A stretch of 44,610 bases of DNA, taken from the NCBI GenBank assembly GCA_900547835.1, contig URIJ01000001.1:1-44610 (forward strand), given 5' to 3'. The notes beneath the pieces are model-generated. The model was given only the letters and a program-made list of their open reading frames with translations. It was not told where the DNA came from and searched no databases. How positions within the stretch are numbered: position 1 is the first letter of the stretch; each line of letters begins with the position of its first letter. Position numbers and translations under genes: made by a program. Below are positions 7,979 to 17,807 of the stretch, piece after piece. This DNA comes from an uncultured Collinsella sp. (lineage in GTDB: Bacteria > Actinomycetota > Coriobacteriia > Coriobacteriales > Coriobacteriaceae).

Positions 7979-8455
7979 TTAGTGGCGGGATTGGTGGCGG
8001 AGCTTGTCGATGGTGGAGTCGGTGCTTCGGCTGCGGGCTTCGGCGGCGCGGTCGCGGGCGTCGGCGGCGGTTTGGCGCTGGCGGCGGTAGTCGATCATGC
8101 CTTGGATGATGGGCTTGCCAAAGCTCACGACATCATCGTTGTAGATGGCGGTTCGGGCTGCGAGGAGGCAGTCGGTAAAGTCCATATGGGTCTTGCCAAA
8201 GAGTTTGACGGCAAGGGCGACAACGGTGGGCTCGTCGACCATGACGTCATCGAGCAGCCTTTTCATGGCCGCAGCAATCTCAACGCGGGGAACCTTATAG
8301 ACGTCGCGCAGCGTGACCACGACGCGCGTGATGATCTCGGGGTAGACGCGAGCGGTGCGTGTGGCGATGACCTTGGCAGCGCGAGGTGACAGAACTTCGT
8401 CGTCATTAAGCAGATAGCGCAGGATTACGGTCTCGTCGATGATGGTGCTACTCAT
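7979..8455 (-). CDS. PIN-domain (VapC-like) protein, putative toxin
   Basis: IIDETVILRYLLND N-terminus and MDFTDCLL C-terminal PIN acidic motifs; start overlaps the end of the upstream antitoxin-like gene. Confidence 0.7.
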   Translation of the reverse strand: MSSTIIDETVILRYLLNDDEVLSPRAAKVIATRTARVYPEIITRVVVTLRDVYKVPRVEIAAAMKRLLDDVMVDEPTVVALAVKLFGKTHMDFTDCLLAARTAIYNDDVVSFGKPIIQGMIDYRRQRQTAADARDRAAEARSRSTDSTIDKLRHQSRH

Positions 8456-8771
8456 GGATATCTACTTCCTCGGGACCCAAAATCGAATCGTCGCTTTCTG
8501 TGGCAAGATACTCAATCCAGGCATTGCGCTCCTCGGAGCGGCGATTGGGGTCCCCATATGCTTTGAGCGATCCATAGGCGGCGGTGCCGTCCTTTGAGCG
8601 CACGGCGACCGGCTGAAAGGGGAGCTTGCGCATCAAAATACTCTGCGCGACAAATAGACGGACAGCCTCGGCGAGCGATGTGCCCATGGCGTCGTAGAGA
8701 CGTTCGGCATGCTGCTTGTCTTCCTCGCGAATGCGCACCTGCAGGATGGCTCGTTTTTGAGTCGATGACAT
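8448..8771 (-). CDS. RelB/DinJ-family ribbon-helix-helix antitoxin
   Basis: ILQVRIREEDKQHAERLYDAMGTSLAEAVRLFVAQSILMRKLPF is a typical RelB/DinJ pattern; GGAGG RBS on the minus strand. Confidence 0.8.
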   Translation of the reverse strand: MSSTQKRAILQVRIREEDKQHAERLYDAMGTSLAEAVRLFVAQSILMRKLPFQPVAVRSKDGTAAYGSLKAYGDPNRRSEERNAWIEYLATESDDSILGPEEVDIHE

Positions 8772-8818
8772 CACTGGCCTCCCTTAATGAGCGTGCAATT
8801 TGAATAGTCAAATACAGC

Positions 8819-8838
8819 ATTGGCTAATAATAGCCAAT
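8819..8838. promoter_or_regulatory. Candidate operator palindrome upstream of the antitoxin gene
   Basis: ATTGGCTA-ATAA-TAGCCAAT in the AT-rich divergent intergenic region. Confidence 0.4.
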
Positions 8839-9200
8839 CTTACAACCATTACTTTATTGCACTAGAGTAATTGAGTGTAAACGATATTACAAACGTACTA
8901 CATCCTTCAGAAACGAGCGTGAAATCTCCCTTGGATGTACGCATGTAATACACTCACCTTTATAGCTTCTAGAGAATAATTCCAACCTGCCAAAACCCCT
9001 GCAATACACCCGTATTGCAGGGCCTATGCTCAAGTTTGCCACCTGCAACTGCGTATATTTAACCTGTATATCGTTGGAGGAATTCTATCGAAGTGCCTGT
9101 TTCGCCGCATGCATTCGATACGCCGATGCCAGGCCACGGGCGGCTTGGGGCAACGTCGACAGGGTCTCTCCGGCATGGGATTCAGGAGGGAGTGAACAAC

Positions 9201-9719
9201 ATGGGCAATAAACGAGTCGTAGCCGATTCCTCACGCTGCATTGGGTGCCAAACCTGTATGGCGGCGTGCATCGAGGCACACGATATTCCCGGCAACATCG
9301 CCGCGCCGCGCCTGCGCGTGACGCGTACGTACGAGATCTCCGCACCGGTGGCTTGCCATCATTGCGAGGATGCCCCGTGCGCGAAGGCCTGTCCTACGGG
9401 CGCCTTGTTCTTTGATCCAAAGAACCATCGTATCGGCGTTAACGAGGACAACTGCATCGGCTGCAAGAGCTGCGTCATGGCATGCCCCTTTGGTGCCGTG
9501 AGCGTGGCGACCACGCAGGTCCCCGTCTTGATGGGTGACGTGCGCGTGGGTTCGCAGACTAAGAGCTTCGTGCTCAAGTGCGACCTGTGCGTGGACCGTC
9601 CCGGCGGTCCGGCGTGTGCCGAGGCGTGCCCGACCAAGGGCCTCACCCTGGTAGACGAGGAACGTTTGGCGGAGCTGACTGCCGAGCGTGCCCGCGCCAC
9701 CATCGAAAACGAGGCGTAG
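9201..9719 (+). CDS. hydN: 4x[4Fe-4S] electron-transfer protein (HydN/HycB family)
   Basis: CIGCQTCMAAC, CHHCEDAPCAKACP, CIGCKSCVMACP, KCDLC...PACAEACPTKGL; GGAGG RBS. Confidence 0.75.
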   Translation: MGNKRVVADSSRCIGCQTCMAACIEAHDIPGNIAAPRLRVTRTYEISAPVACHHCEDAPCAKACPTGALFFDPKNHRIGVNEDNCIGCKSCVMACPFGAVSVATTQVPVLMGDVRVGSQTKSFVLKCDLCVDRPGGPACAEACPTKGLTLVDEERLAELTAERARATIENEA

Positions 9720-9795
9720 GCGGGCGGCCATACAAGCCCAACGATTGTCAAATACGTACCGATTAATCGGTAGCAGAAAAAGGAAGGAGGGTGTC

Positions 9796-12018
9796 ATGGA
9801 GAAGCATAAAGTGATCTGCCCGTACTGCGGCGCCGGTTGCCAGTTTAACCTCCTGGTCCAAAACGGCCAGGTCGTGGGTACCGAACCGCTCAACGGCATC
9901 ACCAACCAGAGCGAGCTGTGCCTTAAGGGCATGAGCGGCTACGACTTCATCAACGACACCAAGATCTTGACTCCTCGCGTACTGCACCCGATGATCCGCC
10001 GCACTAAGGGCGCGGATCTTGAGCGCGTAAGCTGGGACGAGGCACTGGATTTCACCGCATCTAAGATGCAGGCCATAATTGACGAATATGGTCCTAACGC
10101 TGTCATGACCACCGGCTCTTCGCGAGGCGGCGGCAATGAGGCGAACTACGTCATGCAGAAGTTTACGCGTGCGTGCATCGGCACCCACAGCGTAGACAAC
10201 TGCGCCCGTACTTGACACGGCCCTACTGTCCTCGGTCTGATGGACACGGTTGGTTCAGGTTGCATGTCATGCTCCATCCCCGGTATGGAGGATGCGGGCT
10301 GCATTTTCCTCTTCGGCTATAACCCTGCCGATTCGCACCCCATCGTCGCAAGGCGTATCGTGCGAGCCAAAGAAAAGGGTTGCAAGATCATCGTCGCCGA
10401 CCCGCGCCATATCGAAACCGCGCGTATCGCCGATCTCTACCTTCCGATCAAGAACGGTTGCAACGTCGCGTTCCTCAACGCCTTTGCCAACTGTCTGGTC
10501 AACGATGGCCTCTACGACAAGGAATTCGTCGCCGAGCACACGAACGGCTTTGACGAGTGGTGGGAGACCATCAAGAACTACACTCCCGAATCCGTACAGG
10601 ACATCACGGGTGTCGAGCCCGCGTTGATCCACCAAGCTGCCGAGATGTACGCCACGGCGAAGCCCTCTGCCATCATTGGCTGGGGTATGGGCGTATGCCA
10701 GCAGAAGCAGAACCTGAAGACGGTGCACACCATCGCCTCCATCGCCTGCGTTGCCGGCCAGATCGGCAAACCCAATTCCGGCCTCGCGCCCGTGCGCGGT
10801 CAGAACAACGTCCAGGGCTCCTGCGATATGGGCATGCTGCCCAACCTGTACCCTGGCTACCAGAAGGTCACCGACCCGGCAGTGCGTGCCAAGTTTGCCA
10901 AGGCTTGGGGCGTACCCGAGGAAAAGCTCCCGCTCGAGGAGGGCTACAAGCTCACCGACCTGGGTCACCTGGTCGACGAGGGCAAGGTGCACTGCTTCTA
11001 CAACTACGGCGAGGACCCGGTGCAGACCGAGCCCGATTCGGCCGGTATGCGCAAGACGCTCTCCGAGCTGGATCTGTTCATTTGCCAGGACATCTTTATG
11101 ACGCAGACGACCATGCTCGCCGACGTCATCCTGCCCGCTACCTCTTGGGGCGAGCACGAGGGTGTCTTTACCGCATCCGACCGTAGCTTCCAGCACTTTG
11201 ACGCGGCCGTTCCGCCCAAGGGCGAGTGCCGTCACGACTGGGAGATCTTCGCGGACCTGTCTACGCGCATGGGTTACCCCATGCACTACGACAACACCGA
11301 GCAGATCTGGAACGAGTGCATTAGCCTGTGCCCCAACTTTGTGGGCGCGACCTACGAGAAGATGGCTCCCGAGGGCGGCTACGCCCAGTGGCCGGTCAAG
11401 AGCACCGATGTGAACGACCACGGTACGCCCGACATGTTCGCTGGTGGCAAGTTCACCACCAAGGACGGCCGCGCCAACCTGATGGCGCACGACTGGGAGG
11501 CGCCCTCCGAGCTTCCCGACGATGAGTACCCGCTCATCCTGTGCACCGTCCGCGAGGTCGGCCACTACAGCTGCCGTTCGATGACCGGCAACTGCAAGAC
11601 GTTGGCGCTGCTTGCCGACGAGCCCGGCTTTGTCCGCATGAATCCCGCGGACGCCGAGGCGCGCGGCATCAAGAACGGCGACATCGTCTCGATTCACAGC
11701 CGCCGCGGCCAGGTATACAGCCGCGCCGACGTGAGCGACCGCATCAATAAGGGCACGGTCTACATGACCTACCAGTGGTGGATCGGCAAGTGCAACGAGC
11801 TGACCATTCACAAGGTTGACCCGGTCTCGCATACGCCCGAGGACAAGTTCTCCGCCTGCCAGGTCGACGCTATCGCCGACCAGGTCTGGGCCGAGGGCGA
11901 GGTCGAGCGTCAGTACACCGAGCTCAAGCAGGCTCTGGTGGACGCCGCCGCTCCCCAGGACGTTGAGCCCGGCGCCGCCAAGTTCGACGACGAGACGCAC
12001 GTGAACCAAATCGTGTAG
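9796..12018 (+). CDS. fdhF: Formate dehydrogenase H, selenocysteine-containing (UGA 10213-10215 = Sec140), 740 aa
   Basis: MEKHKVICPYCGAGC...LCLKG; VDNCART-TGA-HGPTV in frame with ORF 10240-12018 (RGQNNVQG, ADVILP, EVGHYSCRSMTGN); the Sec position equals E. coli FdhF U140-H141. Confidence 0.96.
10227..10246 (+). promoter_or_regulatory. SECIS element of fdhF
   Basis: Begins 11 nt after the UGA: TGTCC-TC-[GGTCT]-GA-T(bulge)-GGACA, comparable in spacing and loop to the E. coli fdhF SECIS. Confidence 0.8.
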
Positions 12019-12039
12019 TCCCGTTCTCGTTGGCTTTTT

Positions 12040-12081
12040 GGGCCGGGCGTCCCGTACGTTCGGGAGCCCGGCCCGTTATTT
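12040..12081 (+). terminator. Intra-operon GC-rich hairpin (partial terminator or mRNA stabiliser) between fdhF and hyfA
   Basis: GGGCCGGGC-G-TCCCG / CGGGA-GCCCGGCCC followed by GTTATTTT. Confidence 0.5.
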
Positions 12082-12096
12082 TGAAAGGAAGTGGGG

Positions 12097-12714
12097 ATGA
12101 ACCGCTTCATCGACATCAACCCGGAGAGGTGCATCGGCTGCGGAACATGCCAGTCCGCCTGTGCCGACGCCCACCGGATGCAGGGTCTTCAGGATACGCC
12201 GCGCCTGGCGCTCGTGAAGACCGGCGGTATTTCGGCCGCCCTTGCCTGCCACCATTGCGAGGGTGCCCCCTGCGCCGAGGTTTGCCCGGTGAATGCCATC
12301 GAGCACGATGGCGATCGCATCCACGTCAAGGAGCAGGAGTGCATCGGGTGCAGGCTGTGCGCCATCGCGTGCCCCTTCGGAGCCATCCATCCCGATGGCA
12401 CGTCTATCGCCGGTGTCGCAGGCATGTGCGACCCGACGCCTTCGTACCCTAAGTCCCTGAGCAGCCTGCTTACGTGGGCGCCCGGCCAGTACACCTGTGC
12501 CGTCAAGTGCGACCTGTGCGCCTTCGATCCGGACGGCCCGCATTGTGTGGCGGCGTGCCCCACCAAGGCGCTGACCGTCATGGGCGGCGCGGCCGATCGC
12601 GAGCTCGACGAGGCCAAGCGCCTGCGCTCGATCGAAAACGGTCCGGCCGTCGACGTTACCGCTGTGGCCCAGGGTCTGTCCGAGAAAGCAGAAGGGAGCG
12701 TAAACAATGGATAG
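12097..12714 (+). CDS. hyfA: Hydrogenase-4 / FHL iron-sulfur subunit (HyfA/HycB)
   Basis: MNRFI...CIGCGTCQSAC, CHHCEGAPC, CIGCRLCAIACPFG, AVKCDLC...CPTKAL. Confidence 0.85.
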   Translation: MNRFIDINPERCIGCGTCQSACADAHRMQGLQDTPRLALVKTGGISAALACHHCEGAPCAEVCPVNAIEHDGDRIHVKEQECIGCRLCAIACPFGAIHPDGTSIAGVAGMCDPTPSYPKSLSSLLTWAPGQYTCAVKCDLCAFDPDGPHCVAACPTKALTVMGGAADRELDEAKRLRSIENGPAVDVTAVAQGLSEKAEGSVNNG

Positions 12715-14725
12715 CATGACGCTGTTTATCGCATCGCTTGCCGTCTCGTGCATCGGTGCGCTCGCCTCGGTTCTGCTGATTCGCGCCGATAACGCCGCCA
12801 AGACCGCCGGCTGCCTGATCGGCGCCGTCGCGGCCGCGCTGTCGTTCATCGCGGGCCTCGAGGCCGTGCTTGGCGACGTTACGTCCCTCAACACGGTCTT
12901 CTTCTTCCCGTTCGCCCGTCTCGAGCTCTTGCTCAACGGTCTTGCGGGCCTGATCGTGGTCCTCATTTCGATCCTCGCCTTTGCGGGCTTCATCTACGGT
13001 CTGTCCTACTTCGACGAGTACCCGGGCAAGGTCGGGCGCGCCGGCTTCTTCATGAACACCTTCGTCGCCTCCATGATGCTCGTCATCACGGCCGACAATG
13101 TGTTCTGGTTCTTGGTCGCCTTTGAGCTCATGTCGCTTACGAGCTACTTCCTTGTCGTCATCGAGGAGAACAAGAACTCCATTAGGGGCGGTTGGCTCTA
13201 CTTCGTCATCGCGCACGTGGGCTTCGTCCTCATCATGGCGAGCTTTCTGCTCATGACCAACGGCGTGGGCGGTTCCTTCAGCTTCAGTGATTTCCGTACG
13301 CATGACTTTGGACCCGCCGTCTCCTCCGCGTGCTTCGTCCTCGCGTTCTTCGGATTTGGCGCGAAGGCCGGTATCATTCCACTGCACTCCTGGCTGCCCC
13401 AGGCGCACCCCGAGGCGCCGTCCAACGTGTCCGCCCTCATGTCCGGCGGCATGATCAAGATCGGCATCCTGGGAATCCTCAAGGTCGGTCTCGACCTGCT
13501 CGCGGGTTCGGGCGTCCAGCTCTGGTGGGGCCTCATGGTCCTGGTCTTCGGATCCATCTCGTCGGTCCTGGGTGTCGTCTACGCCCTCCACGAGCACGAC
13601 ATTAAGCGCCTGCTGGCCTACCACTCCGTCGAGAACATCGGCATCATCTTGCTCGGTGTCGGCGCGTCCATGACGGCGCACGCCCTGGGCAACGACGTCA
13701 TCGCGACGATCGCGCTCATGGCCGCCCTCTACCACACGCTCAACCACGCCATGTTCAAGGGCGAACTGTTCCTCGGCGCGGGCTCCCTGCTCTATGCCAC
13801 GGGTACGCGCAACATGGAGAAGATGGGCGGCCTGTTCCGCCGTATGCCGGTCACGGCCGTCTGCTTCCTCATCGGTGCCCTTGCCATCTCGGCTATCCCG
13901 CCGCTCAACGGCTTCGTTTCCGAGTGGTTCACCTACCAGTCCCTGTTCAACATCTCGACGCTCTCCGACCCGGTCGTCATGGTGTTCGCCGTCGCCTCCG
14001 CGGCCGCCCTCGCCATCACCGGTGCCCTGGCCGTCACGTGCTTCGTGAAGGCCTACGGCGTCTCGTTCGCGAGCAGCCCTCGTTCCCAGGAGGCCGCGAA
14101 CGCCAAGGAGTCCCCGGCTCCGATGTTGTTCTCGCAGATGCTCCTCGCGGCCATCTGCGTGGTGCTGGGAATCGGCTCTCCCGTCATCGCCCCGGTTCTG
14201 GGCGACGTCGCCCAGAGCGTGCTTTCCGGCTCCGCCGTCACAGCCACCTCGGGCGTCTCTCTCGTGAATGAGATTTCCGGTGCCGCTACTTCCACCCCCG
14301 CGATCGCCATCGCGCTCGTGGTCCTCACCGGCCTCGCGTTCGTGTTGAGGTCCTGCCTCGGCACCAAGGCCCCCGCTAAGAAGACCGACCCTTGGGCGTG
14401 TGGCTATGAGCCCAACGAGCACATGCCCGTCGTCGCCACGAGCTTTGCGTCCGACGTCGAGCTCTTCATGGGCCCGCTCTATACCCTGCGCGAGGTATGC
14501 ACCAAGATCTGCTGGTCCATCGCGCACGTGTTCCAGAAGCTCACCGGTGTCGCCCAGGGCGTCGAGCCCCTGCCCGACCGCTTCCTGGTCGATGCACCGA
14601 GCGAGGGTGCCGACAAGCTGGCCGGCCTCGCCTCCAAGATCGAGGGCGGCAACTACTCCGTATACATCTGCTACATCGTCGCGGCGCTCGTGGTCTTCCT
14701 CGTGCTCGCCGTGGTCATGGTCTAG
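12707..14725 (+). CDS. hyfB: Hydrogenase-4 membrane subunit B (antiporter-like)
   Basis: 672 aa hydrophobic; FELMSLTSY, KAGIIPLHSWLPQAHPEAPS, LLAYHSVENIG, PPLNGFVSEW, WACGY. Confidence 0.9.
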   Translation: MDSMTLFIASLAVSCIGALASVLLIRADNAAKTAGCLIGAVAAALSFIAGLEAVLGDVTSLNTVFFFPFARLELLLNGLAGLIVVLISILAFAGFIYGLSYFDEYPGKVGRAGFFMNTFVASMMLVITADNVFWFLVAFELMSLTSYFLVVIEENKNSIRGGWLYFVIAHVGFVLIMASFLLMTNGVGGSFSFSDFRTHDFGPAVSSACFVLAFFGFGAKAGIIPLHSWLPQAHPEAPSNVSALMSGGMIKIGILGILKVGLDLLAGSGVQLWWGLMVLVFGSISSVLGVVYALHEHDIKRLLAYHSVENIGIILLGVGASMTAHALGNDVIATIALMAALYHTLNHAMFKGELFLGAGSLLYATGTRNMEKMGGLFRRMPVTAVCFLIGALAISAIPPLNGFVSEWFTYQSLFNISTLSDPVVMVFAVASAAALAITGALAVTCFVKAYGVSFASSPRSQEAANAKESPAPMLFSQMLLAAICVVLGIGSPVIAPVLGDVAQSVLSGSAVTATSGVSLVNEISGAATSTPAIAIALVVLTGLAFVLRSCLGTKAPAKKTDPWACGYEPNEHMPVVATSFASDVELFMGPLYTLREVCTKICWSIAHVFQKLTGVAQGVEPLPDRFLVDAPSEGADKLAGLASKIEGGNYSVYICYIVAALVVFLVLAVVMV

Positions 14726-14742
14726 AGAGGGGAGAGGATATT

Positions 14743-15666
14743 ATGAACATCGTTCTTGCGATAGCGCAGGGCCTCGTGGTTATGCTGGTCGCGCCCTTCT
14801 TCTCCGGCCTCGCCCGTGTGATTCGCGCGAAGATGCACAATCGCCGCGGTCCGTCCATCCTTCAGGATTACCGGGACCTCGCGAAGCTCATGGCGCGTCC
14901 CGAGTCCGTGAGTTCCGACTCGAGCTTCGTGCTGCGCATCATGCCGCCGCTGTTCCTCGCGGTGTCGTTCATGCTCGCCATGGGCCTGCCCATGTTCACG
15001 CTCGAGAGCCCCATGCCCGTCTTTGGTGACGCCATCACCATCATGTACGCGCTCGCGCTGTCCCGCTTCTTCTTCGCGCTGTCCGGCGTGGATTCCTCCA
15101 ACGCCTACGCGGGCTTCGGCGGTATCCGCGAGCTCCTCATGAGCGTGCTCATCGAGCCGTCCATGCTCATCGCGCTGTTTACCGTCGCCATCGTGTGCGG
15201 CTCCACGGACATTGCGACCATGGGTCAGCACATCGTTACGGGCAACGTCTCGAGCGTCGTCGCCGTCATCCTCGCCGGCGTCGCCTTCGCGGCCGCCTGC
15301 TATATGGAGCTCGGCAAGCTTCCGTTCGATCAGGCCGAAGCCGAGCAGGAGCTCCAGGAGGGCCCGCTCGCCGAGCTCTCCGGCCCGTCCCTGGCCATGA
15401 TGAAGCTCGCCATGGGCATGAAGCAGGTCGTGGTCGTCGCTTGGTTCACCTCCATCTTCATCCCCTGGGGAGAGCCCGCGACCATCGGCGTCACCGCTCT
15501 CGTGGGCGCCGTCGTCTTCCTCGTCAAGTGCCTGGTCGATTTCGTCGTCTGCGGCGTGCTCGAGAATTCCGTTTCCCGTTCGCGCTTCAAGGTGCTCGGT
15601 AACCAGACCTGGGCCGTCGTCGGCATCGCGGTCCTCGCGTTCGTCTTCGTTGTCGTAGGCGTGTAG
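14743..15666 (+). CDS. hyfC: Hydrogenase-4 membrane subunit C (NuoH/HycD family)
   Basis: RAKMHNRRGPSILQDYRDLAKL, GKLPFDQAEAEQELQEGPLAE. Confidence 0.9.
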   Translation: MNIVLAIAQGLVVMLVAPFFSGLARVIRAKMHNRRGPSILQDYRDLAKLMARPESVSSDSSFVLRIMPPLFLAVSFMLAMGLPMFTLESPMPVFGDAITIMYALALSRFFFALSGVDSSNAYAGFGGIRELLMSVLIEPSMLIALFTVAIVCGSTDIATMGQHIVTGNVSSVVAVILAGVAFAAACYMELGKLPFDQAEAEQELQEGPLAELSGPSLAMMKLAMGMKQVVVVAWFTSIFIPWGEPATIGVTALVGAVVFLVKCLVDFVVCGVLENSVSRSRFKVLGNQTWAVVGIAVLAFVFVVVGV

Positions 15667-15682
15667 GGAGAAGGGAGAAACT

Positions 15683-17140
15683 ATGTCAATCGAATCGAGC
15701 TTGTCCCTCTTTGCCATGGTGGCGATCGCCGTCCCCATGCTGGGCTCCCTGCTCATCGTCATGCTGCCGCGTCCCTACGCTAAATGGATCTGCGCCTTCG
15801 CCGGCGGCATCGCCACGGTCGCTTCCGTTGGCTTGGCTGCGACGTTTGCCGGAAACGGCATGAACGCGGTCGATGTAACCTGGGCGAGTATGGGCCAGAC
15901 CTTGGTCATGGGCTTCATATTCGACCGGATGAGCACGCTGCTCGCACCCGCGTTCGTCGCTATCGGCCTGCTCGTCGTCATCTATTCGTTCCCGTACATG
16001 AGCGATAAGAACAAGGAGCATCCCGACGCGCCCCGTCGCCGCTTCTACGTGTACTTCTCCACGTTTATCGGCGCCATGGCCGGTCTCGCCTACAGCTCCA
16101 CCATCGTCGGCCAGCTCGTTTTCTTCGAGATCACCGGCGTGTGCTCCTGGGGCCTCATCAGCTACTACATGACGCCCACGGCCAAGAAGGCCGGTATGAA
16201 GGCGCTCATCATCACCCACATCGGCGCTTTGGGACTCTACATCGGCGCGGCCTTCCTGTTCGCCGGAACCGGCACGTTCGCGCTGAGCGCGATCTCCCAG
16301 CTCGATTCCGGTATGAAGACCGTCGTGCTGCTGCTCATCCTGTTCGCCGCTTGGGCCAAGTCCGCCCAGTTCCCGCTCTACATGTGGCTGCCCTCCGCAA
16401 TGGAGGCCCCCACGCCCGTTTCCGCCTACCTCCATGGCGCGTCCATGGTGAAGGTCGGCGTGTGCGTGTTCGCCCGCGCTCTTGCGAGTGCCGGCGATAT
16501 CCCCGAGATCGTCGGTTGGGTCGCCATCATCGACGCCGTCGTGACCATGCTCTTCGGCTTCCTCATGTACCTGCCCCAGAAGGATATGAAGCGCCTGCTT
16601 GCCTTCTCGACGATCGCGCAGCTCGCCTACGTGTTCTTCGGCCTGGGCCTCTCCGTGTTCGGAAGCCAGATGGCGTTCAACGGCGCCGTCGAGCACATCT
16701 TCAACCACGCGTTCACCAAGACCCTGTTCTTCCTCATCGCCGGCTCCCTCAGCTTCACGCTGGGAACCCGTATGTTGCCCAAGATCCAGGGCCTCATGAA
16801 GAAGTACCCGGTCACGGGCGTGGGCTTCGCGGTCGCCGCGACCGCTATCGCCGGCGTGCCCCCCATGAGCACGTTCTTCTCCAAGTTCCAGATTATTTCC
16901 GGTGGCTTCGCGGTTGGTGCTTCCAACACGGTCATCTTCGTCCTCGTGTGCGTCATGGTCGTCGAGACCGTCGCCACCTTCGCATGGTTCCTGCGTTGGA
17001 TGGGTAAGGTCCTGCCCGGTGAGCCGAGCGAGACCGTGGCCGCCGGCCAGCCCCTTCCGCGTGCCATGGCGTTCGTGTTCGTCGTCCTCATGATCATGGT
17101 CGTCGTCGCCGGTCCTCTGTCCTCTAGTTGGATGGGTTAG
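15683..17140 (+). CDS. hyfD: Hydrogenase-4 membrane subunit D
   Basis: KSAQFPLYMWLPSAMEAPTPVSAYLHGASMVKVG, QKDMKRLLAFSTI. Confidence 0.9.
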   Translation: MSIESSLSLFAMVAIAVPMLGSLLIVMLPRPYAKWICAFAGGIATVASVGLAATFAGNGMNAVDVTWASMGQTLVMGFIFDRMSTLLAPAFVAIGLLVVIYSFPYMSDKNKEHPDAPRRRFYVYFSTFIGAMAGLAYSSTIVGQLVFFEITGVCSWGLISYYMTPTAKKAGMKALIITHIGALGLYIGAAFLFAGTGTFALSAISQLDSGMKTVVLLLILFAAWAKSAQFPLYMWLPSAMEAPTPVSAYLHGASMVKVGVCVFARALASAGDIPEIVGWVAIIDAVVTMLFGFLMYLPQKDMKRLLAFSTIAQLAYVFFGLGLSVFGSQMAFNGAVEHIFNHAFTKTLFFLIAGSLSFTLGTRMLPKIQGLMKKYPVTGVGFAVAATAIAGVPPMSTFFSKFQIISGGFAVGASNTVIFVLVCVMVVETVATFAWFLRWMGKVLPGEPSETVAAGQPLPRAMAFVFVVLMIMVVVAGPLSSSWMG

Positions 17141-17150
17141 GAGGTAGGAC

Positions 17151-17804
17151 ATGGGTTATTCGTTAGTCAATATCCTGGGCGGTCTTCTGATCGTGACCTC
17201 CACCATGGTGGTCGTCTCAAAGACCATCCCGTCCGCCATCAAGTGGTACGCGATCCAGTCGGTTGTCCTGGTGGGCGTGCTGCTCACCCTGGGCCTCACC
17301 ACCGGTGCCACCGAGCTTCTCATGTGGGCCGCGTCGGCCTTCGTCACCAAGGTGATCCTCGTTCCGTTCATTCTCAACCGTGCCTACAAGAAGATGGGTT
17401 CGCCTGCCGATAGCACGCTGACCTCCTCCATCAAGCCGGCTTGGACCATCATCCTCACCGGTCTGGAGGTGGTCATCTGCTTCGCGGTGGTCACGCGCCT
17501 GAGCCTGCCCACCGCCGAGGTGGCCACTCCGGCCCTCGCCATCAGCTTCGCGCACTTCTTCGTCGGCCTCACGTGCATCATCTCCCAGCGCAACATCCTC
17601 AAGCAGATCTTCGGGTACTGCCTTATGGAGAACGGTAGCCACGTGACGCTCGCCCTGCTCGCGCCCACGGCCCCCGAGATCATCGAGATTGGTATCGCCA
17701 CCGACGCCATCTTCGCCGTCATCATCATGTCCGCCGTCGTCGTGAGGATCTGGAACGACACCAAGTCGCTCGACTCCCACGACCTGACCGAATTGAAGGG
17801 GTAG
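17151..17804 (+). CDS. hyfE: Hydrogenase-4 membrane subunit E
   Basis: QRNILKQIFGYCLMENGSH, EIGIATDA, C-terminal LKG. Confidence 0.9.
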   Translation: MGYSLVNILGGLLIVTSTMVVVSKTIPSAIKWYAIQSVVLVGVLLTLGLTTGATELLMWAASAFVTKVILVPFILNRAYKKMGSPADSTLTSSIKPAWTIILTGLEVVICFAVVTRLSLPTAEVATPALAISFAHFFVGLTCIISQRNILKQIFGYCLMENGSHVTLALLAPTAPEIIEIGIATDAIFAVIIMSAVVVRIWNDTKSLDSHDLTELKG

Positions 17805-17807
17805 GCC

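Noticed and set aside
5097..8900. Integrase-type genomic island at tRNA-Gly
   Set aside because: No integrase and no duplicated tRNA 3' end (attR) was seen in the window
9796..12018. fdhF as two genes or a pseudogene
   Set aside because: The in-frame TGA is at the Sec140 position followed by a SECIS-like hairpin
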